Shown: in pieces, positions 1 to 12,405 of the stretch
How the letters are laid out: each line of letters starts with the position of its first letter
How positions within the stretch are numbered: the stretch's first letter is position 1
From: Octopus sinensis
Taxonomy: Eukaryota
Direction: 5' to 3'
Assembly (NCBI RefSeq): GCF_006345805.1
Contig: NW_021834760.1
Span: forward strand, 1-29,970
DNA length: 29,970 nt
Made by a program: the position numbers and the translations under genes
The notes under the pieces: generated by a model
Database searches by the model: none
The model's input: only the letters and a program-made list of their open reading frames with translations
Told to the model about the DNA's origin: nothing

Positions 1-15
1 CGTCCCCGTAACTTA

Positions 16-405
16 GCTGTGTGGTAAAGTAGCTGATTACCAACCACATGGTTCCGGGTTCAGTCCCACTGCGTGGTACATTGGGCAAGTGTCTTCTACT
101 GTAGCCTCGGGCTGACCAAAGCCTTGCGAGTGGATTTGGTAGATGGAAACTGAAAGAAGCCCGTCGTATATATATATGTGTGTGTGTGTGTATGTGTTTG
201 TCCCCCCAACATCGCTTGACAACCGATGCTGGTGTGTTTACGTCCCCGTAACTTAGCGGTTCGGCAAAAGAGACCGATGGAATAAGTACTAGGCTTACAA
301 AGAATAAGTCCTGGGGGGGTCGATGTGTTCGACTAAAGGCGGTGCTCTAGCATGGCCACAGTCAAATGACTGCAACAAGTAAAAAGAAAAAGAGAAAAAG
401 AGAAA
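16..405 (+). mobile_element. tRNA-derived SINE, family A (working name), near full length
   Basis: Head with A-box-like GCTGTGTGGT and B-box GTTCAGTCC (58-66), then TGGGCAAGTGTCTT, an internal (TA)n(TG)n tract and an A-rich AAAAGAG tail. Eight further homologous copies in the window. Confidence 0.9.
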
Positions 406-467
406 AGGAATGAAATAGTTCCACCTTTCGGGCGAAGGACCCCCCGGGTCCTATTTTATATATGAAT

Positions 468-522
468 GGCGGTGCCCCAGCATGGCCACAGCTCGTGAGC
501 TGAAACTAGATAAAATAAAATA
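468..522 (+). mobile_element. 3' end fragment of a family-A-related SINE
   Basis: GGCGGTGCCCCAGCATGGCCACAG matches the family A 3' region at 338-361 and is followed by an A-rich tail. Confidence 0.5.
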
Positions 523-1024
523 ATATGATTACCACTAAATAGAAACTGCAAGAAGTTCGTCTAAGATAAAAACAAATTTTATATGTAAAACCTTTGTAAC
601 TTCTTCCTATTCTTTAATTACAAATACAAGCTTCTAATCCCGCCTCACACTATGAAGAGAAAGTTAACTCCCCTTTTTTACGAATATTCAGAGGACACCA
701 TAAGTGCAGTTAGTAAAGTATAGTATTTTATTGTCTCTACAAACATGGATGACGCAAAATCGGTCTTTTTAAGAGGCATTTGATGGAAATGAGAATTTAC
801 TTAAATCACATTTCTAATCGTCGTACAGGAGACACAAACGAAAAGGGAGATGAGGAAAGCTTCTAACAATGCAGAGATGAAAGCTTCTAACCTTTCTATA
901 ATTCAGGAACAAAGGCCCATCTTGAGAAGGATACAGTTAAAGAAATATGAATGTATGTAGACCCTGCCATTTATATTGCTGAATGGCAGGATCTACTAAT
1001 GATATACAAAAAAGGACAGACCTT

Positions 1025-1610
1025 AGGCGGCGAGCTGGCAGGGACGTTAGCACACTGGGCGAAATGCTTAGCGGTATTTCATCTGCCGTTACATTCTGAG
1101 TTCAAATTTCGCCGAGGTCAACTTTGCCTTTCATCCTTTCGGGTTTGATAAATTAAGTACCAGTTACGCACTGGGGTCGATGTAATCTACTTAATACCTT
1201 TTTGTTTCCTCTATGTTTAGCACCTTGTGGGTAGTAAAGAAATAGGTATTTCGTCTGCCGCTACGTTCTGAGTTCAAATTCCGCCGAGGTTGACTTTGCC
1301 TTTCATCCTTTCGGGGTCGATAAATTAAGTACCAGTTACGTACTGGGATCGATGTAATCGATTTAGTCCGTTTGTCTGTCCTTGTTTGTCCTCTCTGTGT
1401 TTAGCCCCTTGTGGGTAGTAAAGAAATAGGTATTTTGTCTGCCGCTACGTTCTGAGTTCAAATTCCGCCTAGGTTGACTTTGCCTTTCATCCTTTCGGGG
1501 TCGATAAATTAAGTACCAGTTACGCACTAGAGTTAATTACATCGACTTAATCCCTTTGTCCTTGTTTGTCCCAACTATGTTTATCCCCTTGTGGGCAATA
1601 AAGAAATAAA
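1025..1610 (+). mobile_element. tRNA-derived SINE, family B: one head plus three tandem ~172-184 bp body units
   Basis: Head AGGCGGCGAGCTGGCAG. Units start at GGTATTT (1073, 1245, 1429) and each carries B-box GAGTTCAAAT. Degenerate TSD AAAAAGGACAGACC / AAAAAGGGCGGACC. Confidence 0.9.
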
Positions 1611-1734
1611 AAAGGGCGGACCATTTTAGTTCCATCCGAATTTGTCTATAACTAGCTGCAAGCAATTATTCCCTGTATAGTCCTGGAAATGTTGAACTTA
1701 TTTCCTCTTCACACAATGTCACAAAATTCGTCCA

Positions 1735-2175
1735 CGCTTTCATTGCGCCGCCCAATGTCAAAGGCAATTGTCATGAAACTTTGCCCATGGATTCCCTAAT
1801 ATAGCCAACTAACACTATGGATATTATCAACCATCTCGCTCACGGTCTACCTTAGGCGGCGAGCTGGCAGAAACGTTAGCACGCCGGGCGAAATGCGTAG
1901 CCGTATTTCGTCTGCGGTTACTTTCTGAGTTCAAATTCCGCCGAGGTTGACTTTGCCTTTCATCCTTTCGGGGTCGATATATTAAGTACCAGTTACTCAC
2001 TGCGGTCGATGTAATCGACTTAATCCGTTTGTCTGTCCTTGTTTGTCCCTTCTGTGTTTAGCCCCTTGTGGGTAGTAAAGAAATAGGTCTACCTTAGGTC
2101 TTCTGTCGGTTGAGTCGACTTGAAGCTTTGCCTGACCATTCCATCCTTCCTGTGGCATTCTAACTTCATGCTCAT
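1735..2175 (-). pseudogene. Decayed RTE-clade LINE ORF C-terminus, interrupted by a family B SINE
   Basis: Removing the SINE and one TSD copy, the minus strand reads across frameshifts HEVRMPQE...TDRRPKGRP*ARWL/DNIHSVSWLY*GI. This resembles the RTE (Expander/Rex3-type) terminal motif RRPRGRPRTRW.D.I...W..LGI. Confidence 0.55.
1857..2085 (+). mobile_element. Family B SINE, head plus one unit, with a perfect 13-bp TSD
   Basis: TSD GGTCTACCTTAGG at 1844-1856 and 2086-2098; homologous to 1025-1244. Confidence 0.92.
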
Positions 2176-2193
2176 AATAATAAATTAATAAAT

Positions 2194-2446
2194 GCGCCCT
2201 TTTAAAGCCTAACCAGATTCATGGGCCCGGTTTCCCGGTTTCTATGGTGTATGTGCTCCCCAGCTGGACGGGACGCCAGTCTATCGCAGCGTTACTCATT
2301 TTTTTGCCAGCTGAGTGGACTGGAGCAACGTGAAATGAAGTGTTTTGCTCAAGAACACAGAGCGCCCCCCCCCCCCGTCCAGGAATCGAAACCACAATCT
2401 TACGATCATGAAGCTGACACCCTAACCACCAAGCCACGCGCCTTCA
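2194..2446 (-). mobile_element. tRNA-derived SINE, family C
   Basis: Minus-strand head with A-box TGGCTTGGTGG and B-box GTTTCGATTCC, then TTGAGCAAAACACTT. The body motif CTGCGATAGACTGGCGTCCCGTCCAG is reminiscent of the V-SINE domain. Second copy at 27462-27697. Confidence 0.85.
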
Positions 2447-2468
2447 CCATGTTCATAATACGTGTCTC

Positions 2469-2788
2469 GTGAGGGCGCGTGGCTTAGTGGTTAGGGCATT
2501 CGGCTCATGATCGTAAGGTTGTGAGTTCGATTCCCGGCGACGCGTTGTGTCCTTGAGCAAGACACTTTATTTCACGTTGCTCCAGTCCACTCAGCTGGCA
2601 AAAATGAGTTGTACTTGTATTTCAAAGGTCAGCCTTTTCACTCTCTGTGTCACGCTGATTATCCCGAGAACTACGTTAGGGTACACGTGTCTGTGGAATG
2701 CTCAGCCATTTGCACGTTAATTTCACGAGCAAGCTGTTCCGTTGATCGTATCAGCTGGGACCCTCGTCGTCGTAACCGGCGGAGTCGT
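2469..2788 (+). mobile_element. tRNA-derived SINE, family D (C-type head + E-type tail), 13-bp TSD
   Basis: A-box TGGCTTAGTGG and B-box GTTCGATTCC. TSD TAATACGTGTCTC at 2456-2468 and 2789-2801. Confidence 0.92.
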
Positions 2789-3070
2789 TAATACGTGTCT
2801 CAAAACCAGTTTCATTAAAATGCACGCCCACTGGCCAACTTAAATTATATGATGATTCTCTTTTTTACTTAATTACTTGAATCAAGTTTCGAATGATTGC
2901 ATTGTTATGCAAATTAAGGTCGACCAATGTAGTTCTCTCCGAAATTTTGTTGATTATAATTAGCATTACATTAATATTCTGAATTTATCTGAATTTATTA
3001 TTAGCATAAATAAGTGGACAGAACAATGTAGTTGCTTTCTAGTTCGTGAACACAATAAGTGGCGTTGAAC

Positions 3071-3694
3071 AAGGCGGCGAACTGGCAGAATCGTTAGCAC
3101 GCCGGGCGAAATGCTTAGCAGTATTTCGTCTGTCGTTACGTTCTGTGTTCAAATTCCGCCGAGGTCGATTTTGCCTTTCATCCTTTCGCTGTCGATAAAT
3201 TAAGTACCAGTTACGTACTGGGGTCGATGTAATCGATTTAGTCCCTGTGTCTGTCTTTGTTTGTCCCCTCTGTGTTTAGCCCCTTGTGGGTAATAAAGAA
3301 ATAAGTATTTCGTCTGTCGCTACGTTCTGAGTTCAAATTCTGCCGAGGTCGACTTTACTTTTCATCCTTTCGAGGTCGATTAAATAAGTACCACTTATGC
3401 AATGGGGTCGATATAATCCGACTTAATCCGTTTGTCTGTCCTTGTTTGTTCCCTCTGTGTTTAGCCCCTTGAGGGCAGTAAAAAAGTAAATAACGTTAGC
3501 ACGCTGAGCGAAATGCGTTTGCCGTTACGTTCTGAGTTCAAATTCCGCCGAGGTCGACTTTGCCTTTCATCCTTTCGGAGTCGGTCGATTAAATAAGTAC
3601 CAGTTACATACTGGGGTCGATGTAATCGATTTAGTCCCTTTGTCTGTCCTTGTTTGTCCCCTCTATGTTTAGCCCCTTGTGGGCAATAAAGAAT
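3071..3694 (+). mobile_element. Family B SINE multimer (head + 2 units, then partial head + unit)
   Basis: Homologous to 1025-1610; unit junction at ~3304; second partial head at ~3491. Degenerate 17-bp TSD AATAAGTGGCGTTGAAC / AATAAGTAACGTTGAGC. Confidence 0.9.
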
Positions 3695-4287
3695 TGAATA
3701 AGTAACGTTGAGCTATTACATCATTTGTGACCAGAAAAACGACTAAACAATCACTGATGAAGCAGTAAATAGCTACGGAATCTAGTCAATTCGATCCTTT
3801 TTTCTAACTTCACAATAAAAACCATCTCACTTAAACATAATGTCTGTTGTTTACAGTCTACCAAAATATGAAGCGTTACTTAAACACACTCCAAAAAGTT
3901 TATCTTAAACCATTCTTTACGTATTGACATGTCTTATAGTCGAGGGAAAAGAATAGAATATTCTCACAATGATAAATATGGCATCCAATAAAACATTATT
4001 GTTTTACCTAAAGTGTATACACAGTGTCCACATTGTATGAACACTGTATTCACTATGTATTCACTATATACACATAATGTGGTCAGTTGAATGTATCAAT
4101 ACACACGGGACACTTGTTGCAAATTGCAAATTTATAAAAGTCGTTCCAAGGGAATACGTATAAAATTGTGAATTGGTTTTAGAAAATTAAAATGGCTACG
4201 GATGCAGACATGCACGTAGGATAGACACACGCACACATGCATACACATACACACTATGTACATGCAAATATATATATCTTAATTCAT

Positions 4288-4450
4288 CTTGTTTCGGTCG
4301 TTGAAATGCGGCCATGATGGAGCGCCGACATGAACAGGTTTTACACGAGTACTTATCCTTTTAATTCTACTATTTATTCTATCGGTCTCTTTACTCGGAC
4401 TGCTGGTTCACGAGGATGCAAACAACACAACACCGCTTGTCAAGCGCTCG
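4288..4450 (-). mobile_element. Old, diverged 3' half of a family A SINE
   Basis: TGCGGCCATGATGG, ATTCTATCGGTCTCTTT and TTGTCAAGCG match the reverse complement of family A. Confidence 0.6.
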
Positions 4451-4489
4451 AGTCCAGTTAAACGCAATCGTAAACACTCACTCATACAT

Positions 4490-4564
4490 TCATATACATA
4501 CACACATATATGTATATATGTATGTGTAAATATATTGTATATATACATATATATATATTATATG

Positions 4565-4662
<98 letters not shown>

Positions 4663-4674
4663 ATGTATATATAT

Positions 4675-4708
<34 letters not shown>

Positions 4709-4746
4709 ATATATATAATAATATATATATATATATATATAATATA
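4490..4746. repeat. Imperfect (TA)n microsatellite
   Basis: Direct reading; explains spurious ORF 4510-4776. Confidence 0.97.
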
Positions 4747-4945
4747 CAAAATAGAAAATGGAGAAACACATCTTAATCAATGATCAACTACCAGATAATA
4801 CCCAATCACATATTTATTAAACCACTACATATGAACATTAAGGTCAAACATAATAATATAGAACAAAACAATGTACATGAAAGAGTAATATGATACAATA
4901 AGTACAGTATGTATAAGTGAATATAAATAAATACAAATATAAATA

Positions 4946-6215
4946 CGAGGGGCGTTCAATAAGTAATGCCCCTGACCCACTTGCAGTTGTTTGATCTAGC
5001 TGAAATTTTGCATGTGCACTTATTTATACCTCTATAGATTAAGTAGCGAATTACAGCTCTGAACTAATTGTGGTTTCTGATTTACAGGTGTTTGAACTGA
5101 GTCAAGTGTGAAATGGAGCCTGTTGAGTGTCAAGCAGTGATCTGGTTTTTGTATTTGAAAGGACGCACACCACGGGAGACTTTTGATGAAATGAAAGTAA
5201 CTTATGGTGTTGATGCCCCATCATATGACCTTGTAAAACGCTGGCATTGTGAATTCAAACATAGTCGGAACTCTGTGGAAACAGCTCCCAGATCTGGTCG
5301 CCCCCTTCTGCCGTTGATGAGATGTCTGTCCGTCAAGTTGAGGCTGCCATTTTGGAAGGTCAACGCATAACTATTCGCCAAATAGCCCATAAGGTCAAGA
5401 TTAGTACCGGGTCTGTAGAAACTATCATTCATGACCATTTGCATATGCAAAAGGTCTCTGCCAGATGGATTTCCAGGTTGCTCATACCTTTCCAGAAGCA
5501 AGAACGCGTTGAGTGCTCGAGGATGAATTTGGAGATGTGCCAAGAAGATGAGTCAAAATTTATCAAAAGACTGATCACACAGGATAAAACCTGGGTCCAT
5601 CACTATGATCCATAGACCAAAGCCCAGTCAATGCAGTGAAAGCACCGTGACTCACCTCCTCCAAAGAAGACAAGGGTGCAGCCCTCCGCTGACAAGGTTA
5701 TGCTCACAGTCTTCTGGGACCAGGACGGAGTAGTGATGACAGATTTCCTGGCAAAGGGTACCACAATTACAGGAGCCTATTATGCTTCACTTTTGAGGAA
5801 ATTAAGAGAAGCTATCAAAATCAAGAGGCGGGGCAAGATCAGCAAAGGCATCCTCCTCCTGCAGGACAACGCTCCGGTCCACAACTCGCGTGTCGCCAGA
5901 TCAGAAGCATAGGCGTGCAGCTATGAACTCCTCCCCTTGCACCCTCTGATTTTCACCTCTTCCCAGCCATGAAGTTGATTTTGAAAGGAAAGCGTTTCCC
6001 AGATGATGCAGCCTTGATTTGTGAAGTCACGTCGTGGTTGGAGGACCAAGCTGGGGTCTTCTACAAAAACGGTCTCCAGAGCTGTATCAAACGACGGGAG
6101 AAATGCATAACTCTGGGTAGTTCCTATGTAGGAAAAGACTAATAACTGTGCCAAGTGTCGTTGCTCTACTACTATGGGAAGTGGGTCAGGGGCATTACTT
6201 ATTGAACGCCCCTCG
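4946..6215 (+). mobile_element. Full-length (1270 bp) mariner DNA transposon, irritans-like termini
   Basis: Perfect 37-bp TIRs CGAGGGGCGTTCAATAAGTAATGCCCCTGACCCACTT (4946-4982, 6179-6215). TA TSD at 4944-45 and 6216-17. Transposase relic inside. Confidence 0.97.
5113..6142 (+). pseudogene. Mariner DDD transposase pseudogene
   Basis: Stitched reading gives the HTH region ending RSGRP, VSARWI, catalytic QDKTW / LQDNAP / LAPSDFHLFP, and ends YVGKD*. There is a frameshift near 5305, in-frame stops, and a ~22-bp deletion of the HPPYSPD codons near 5935. Confidence 0.95.
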
Positions 6216-6684
6216 TATGTTTATATTTATATTTGTATTTATTTATATTCACTTATACATACTGTACTTATTGTATCATATTACTCTTTCATGTACATTG
6301 TTTTGTTCTATATTATTATGTTTGACCTTAATGTTCATATGTAGTGGTTTAATAAATTATGTGATTGGGTATTATCTGGTTGTTGATCATTGATTAAGAT
6401 GTGTTTCTCCATTTTCTTATTTTGAATTATTAATTTGTGGCAAAACATTTTACCTTTGCCCATATAATACAGTAAATGAATTAATTGCATCGCAATTCTT
6501 AACATTTATGTATTAATTTGTTGGGTGCTTTACTAGCAGTATATTGGATATATGTTATCCCATAGAGGGTTGCACTTACAACCCCTATCTCAATTTGTAT
6601 ATATATATATATATTAATAAAAGGAATTCCAACCTTGTCTGATTTTCACGTTTTATTTACAATCTTATAATGATATATTATAAG

Positions 6685-7021
6685 GGTAAAGACCCCCTTC
6701 GGTCATGAGTGACCATGGGTTTGCACCTAAGAGTTACCCTCTGAGGCACACAAGTCTGGGCAAGGTTGTTTTATGGAAGACCAGTAGTCGCCCATGCATA
6801 CCGGCCTCCCCTCTCCACGCCACCAGTGTTATCCAAGGGAAAGACAAAGGTCGATACAGCTTGGCACCTGTGACGTCGCAACTCATTTCTACAGCTGAGT
6901 GAACTGGGCAAACGTGAAATAAGTGTCTTGCTCAAGAACACAGCACGCAGCCCGGTCCGGGATTCGAGCTCACAACCTCACGATCGTAAGCTCGACACTC
7001 TAACCACTGAGCCATGCGCCT
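6685..7021 (-). mobile_element. tRNA-derived SINE, family G (C-type head + third tail type), 14-bp TSD
   Basis: A-box TGGCTCAGTGG, B-box-like GCTCGAATCC, and TTGAGCAAGACACTT. TSD TGATATATTATAAG at 6671-6684 and 7022-7035. Confidence 0.9.
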
Positions 7022-7097
7022 TGATATATTATAAGATAATATGTTATAATAGAATAAAATAAAATAAAATAGTAGAATGTTAAATGTTCATTCTGAT

Positions 7098-7142
7098 TGA
7101 ACTAGTACTTTCATGCATTAAATTCTGCAATCTTCGGGTTCA
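7098..7142 (-). ncRNA. Minimal type-I hammerhead ribozyme motif (U4C core variant)
   Basis: Minus strand: UGAAC-CCGAAGA-U-UGCA(gaauuuaa)UGCA-U-GAAA-GUAC-UA-GUUCA. Helix I is 5 bp, helix II 4 bp, helix III is the palindrome AGUACU. Lies 63 nt after a PLE endonuclease stop. Confidence 0.7.
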
Positions 7143-7204
7143 TGTAGTAGTGGTGACAGTCATGCTTCACAATTTTTGACTGTAGCAAGATGATTGATTA
7201 TGTG

Positions 7205-7474
7205 CTATAAATACAGCTGGGTAGGCTCCAGAGTGCTAGGTTTTGCAAACTGTATTAAAATTCTTTTCTCTGATTTCCTCTCGATTTCACTTGGGCTGTG
7301 TAATTTGTAGAACGGAAATATTATATACATTTTCCGGCCACATGTTGCTAGGTGGTTACTCAAAGGTATCTGACGGACCTCTGGGTCTCTAATTTGTTGC
7401 CGGTGTACACGTGAGCGTTCTGATAGTGCGTTTCCCGTCTGACCTACATATATTTCTTCACAATTTGGGCATGG
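7205..7474 (-). pseudogene. Penelope-like element GIY-YIG endonuclease, C-terminal part
   Basis: Open for 89 codons; absent from the ORF track because it has no upstream ATG. PCPNCEEIYVGQTGNALSERSRVHRQQIRDPEVRQIPLSNHLATCGRKMYIIFPFYKLHSPSEIERKSEKRILIQFAKP contains CxxC-YVGQT, the conserved R and His residues. 5' end cut off by the element at 7470. Confidence 0.85.
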
Positions 7475-7739
7475 GTGGTTCTTTCAACATCCTTAAACAA
7501 CCCTTTTTCAGGGACCTTTTGAGCGGGATGGGCTACTCAACCTGAAGAAAATTCTAACTAGGCCCCTATTGCAAGGTCATGTGCTGTTTATCTTGATATG
7601 AGATCACCATGTCGCGCACATATGGTTGTGATGCATGTGCCTGGTGTACCCTTATCAGACGGGTAGTCATGATGGGTATATTGGGCTTCGTATATTTTAC
7701 CCCAGTGTCATTTTGATAGCATGAACTGCTCTCTCACTC

Positions 7740-7740
<1 letters not shown>
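7470..7740 (+). mobile_element. 5'-truncated copy of AAT-tailed non-autonomous element H
   Basis: Homologous to the reverse complement of ~27764-28035; ends CTCTCTCACTC(AAT)n. Confidence 0.8.
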
Positions 7741-7773
<33 letters not shown>

Positions 7774-7925
7774 TAATAACATCGGAAAAATACCTTAGGA
7801 ATGAGAACCCAGGTTCGAAATTTCCTCAAGACACCTGAAGAAGGCTGGACGGTATATTAGCCGAAATGTTGTGTTAAAAACAAACAAGATGAGGACAAAT
7901 ATCCGTCGAATGTACATAATGTACA
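7741..7925 (+). mobile_element. (AAT)n + hammerhead-bearing module, without tRNA head
   Basis: Homologous to 27203-27410 and to the reverse complement of 26905-27124. Hammerhead at 7830-7875: GACAC-CUGAAGA-A-GGCU...AGCC-GAAA-UG-UU-GUGUU, with helix III C>U. Confidence 0.85.
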
Positions 7926-7981
7926 TTTAACCTATGTGCAACAGCATCGGTAAATATATACACACACATATATACATATAT

Positions 7982-8146
7982 ACGACGGGCTTCTTTCAAT
8001 TTCCGTCTACCATATCCACTTACAAGGCATTGGTCGGCCCTTGGCTATAGTAGAAGACACTTGCCCAAGGTACCACGCAGTGGGATTGAACCCGGAACCA
8101 TGTGGCTGGTAAGCAAACTACTTACTACACAGCCAGTCCTACGCCT

Positions 8147-8147
<1 letters not shown>
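7982..8147 (-). mobile_element. Family A SINE, 5' half ending at the internal microsatellite
   Basis: Reverse complement of the family A head and middle (TAGGCGTAGGACTGGCTGTG...AAGAAGCCCGTCG). Confidence 0.88.
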
Positions 8148-8185
<38 letters not shown>

Positions 8186-8287
8186 TATACATATACATAT
8201 ATATATACGCACACGCATATATATACACATACACACACATATATATATACATGTACATATATCCATATATATGTATGTATATATGTG

Positions 8288-8325
<38 letters not shown>

Positions 8326-8914
8326 GACATATTTGCATACCTGTGTGCGTTTTAACAGAGATGCATACATGTATATACATACGTGCATGCGAGTACATGT
8401 ATATAAATATAACTGTATTCGTGTATGTATAGACACCTGTATGTGTTTGTGTATGTATGGATATCTATGTATGCTTATGTATGTTATTTCGTTTAAGGTT
8501 ATTTCTACAGATATTTAATAGAAATTATCGCCTCCACTGATTTATAACATTTCGTATACATTTATAACATTTCGTATCCGAGTTGTCAGATACAAAGAAA
8601 CAATAAGATCGAAGATGAAAAATGGCTAATGGACGTATGCCATATTTCGGTGGTATTGACTAATAAAAGCATTTAATATACTTTATTGTTTATTTATGAT
8701 TGCATAACGAAATCCTACGTTCACACAAATCATTAGTTTGTCTATGTGTGTGTGTAGATGGCTCTGTATGTGTGTGTAAGAAGAAGTACATTTTTGTAGA
8801 AAAGTTATTTATTTCCTGGAGATATTGAAGTAAGCATAAAAGGTAGATGGTGGTAAACTGGAGAATACAATCTGTTTATAAAAAGGAAGAAGAAGGTCTG
8901 TACAAATGTATATG

Positions 8915-10486
<1,572 letters not shown>

Positions 10487-11249
10487 ATATATATATATGA
10501 ATATATATATATATATAAATATATATATATATGTATATGTATATATATACGCACACGTACATACACAGAAAGAATGTCTGCTCACAAAGACACAAACTAT
10601 AAAATATCACCAAGACACCACCAACGATTCTCACATTGCCACACACTATCACACTTGAACACACACACACACATACATGTCATCATACAACCACACACAC
10701 GCTCATGCGTACACGTGCTCGTTCGTACACTCGGTCACACGCATCTTAAAATGTATGAATTCAGTAGCAAAAGTATGGCGATAAAAAGAGACAGAATAGG
10801 AGTAACGAAGGCATGTTATTGGTGAGGTCACGAATGACAAACGAAAAGACTTACAAACCAGCATTTAGAAGCGAAGCAGACAATTTCCTGAATCAGGGAG
10901 AAACCGTTCCGCATACGACTGGAAAAGGAAGTCAAAGTTTGCTGCAAAAAGCCATCGTTCAACGAGAACTGGGGAGAAGAACTGTTGTAGATCAACAACG
11001 AAAAACACACGAGAATAAATAAAAGTAATATACGAGGTGATAAGAAAAAAGGATAACTGGAAGATGATAAAAATAAATATTTTACAGGAAAACAAAAGAG
11101 AAATACATTAACAGACACATCACCTCGGGTATTTCTGATAGCTAACAGTAGTTACATATCTACGTATATAAGAGATTTATTTGTGTGCGAGCTTGTGTGT
11201 ATACATACGCATATACATAAGTTAATATATCTGCCTACATGTATACATA

Positions 11250-11506
11250 AATGTATGTATATATATATATAATATATATATATATATTGTATATATATTT
11301 ATATATTATACTATATATTATACATATATATACATATATATATATATACATATATATATATACATATATATATATACATATATATATACATATATATATA
11401 AATAATATATACGTATATATGTATGTGTATGTATATATGGTGTATATATATATATATTATATACGTATAAATATATGTATATATATATATGTATATATAT
11501 AGTATA

Positions 11507-11538
<32 letters not shown>

Positions 11539-11569
11539 CGTAACTATATTATGTGTATATATATATATG

Positions 11570-11609
<40 letters not shown>

Positions 11610-11709
11610 TACGTATATATGATGTGTATATATATATGTATGTGTATATATATATATGTGTATATATATATGTGTATATATATATGTATATATATATAAT
11701 ATATCTATC

Positions 11710-11741
<32 letters not shown>

Positions 11742-11755
11742 TAATGTTATATATA
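11250..11755. repeat. Compound TA/CA/TG microsatellite
   Basis: Direct reading. Confidence 0.95.
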
Positions 11756-11829
11756 CCACGCAAATGTATGAACGTATTAGGAAAATCAATGGTGCTGCAG
11801 ACAAACAAAATTATATGTTACTTAGATAA

Positions 11830-12401
11830 TTTTTATGTTACTGCTCAATAAATTGCCAAAACAAGATTGGATGCCGCCACAATACATTGATAAATATTTA
11901 CAATGGAAACCAAAATCACATATTACAAGAACTGAGGACCAGGATTCGTCTCGGAACATTTTTTTTTTTTTGCGGTTTAACAATAAGAAATAACAATCTA
12001 GGCTAGGAAGCAAATGGAATGATCTTAAAGCTACCTATGCACGCAAATGTTCATACACACATACTGAGTCAAGGCCCACGATTTGAAGAAGCATTTGAAA
12101 CCATAGAATAATAAAAAGCAAGAGACAACCTAAATCCTTAAGTAAATTACTCACCAATGCAAAATTACCCACCACAAGCCTAACACCAACCGTCAGAAAA
12201 TGTGGTAGCTCTAATTACGGGGCTTGCATTCAACTCATTGACGGTACCATGTATGTATTTCAATCGGGATACACTTTTGTCGTAAAAAATAACTTCACCT
12301 GCATATCAAAAAATTTACTTTATGTCATTAAGTGTAAAGGGTGCCACAAAGATTACGTAGGGCAAACTAGCCTTACCCTCAGAGACAGAATGACCGCAAA
12401 C
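11830..12401 (+). pseudogene. Penelope-like element relic: RT-EN linker and N-half of GIY-YIG endonuclease
   Basis: 12105-12401 is open: RIIKSKRQPKSLSKLLTNAK...RKCGSSNYGACIQL...NNFTCISKNLLYVIKCKGCHKDYVGQTSLTLRDRMT, with LLYVI-CxxC-YVGQT-LRxR as the GIY-YIG signature. Not in the ORF track. The upstream 11830-12104 assignment is weaker. Confidence 0.8.
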
Positions 12402-12405
12402 AATT

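Larger units (their letters stand above)
4747..6424. repeat. Long inverted repeat: arms 4747-4945 and 6224-6424 flanking the mariner
   Basis: The reverse complement of 6224-6424 equals 4747-4945 except for one substitution and two 1-bp indels. Confidence 0.95.

Noticed and set aside
3745-3790. Eighth hammerhead candidate CTGATGA-AGCAG..CTAC-GGAAT-CTAG-TC
   Set aside because: GAAA is broken and helix I does not pair convincingly; at best a very old relic.
8537-8578. 21-bp direct repeat TTTATAACATTTCGTATAC and nearby short hairpins
   Set aside because: Simple local duplication; no ribozyme core or element boundary supportable.
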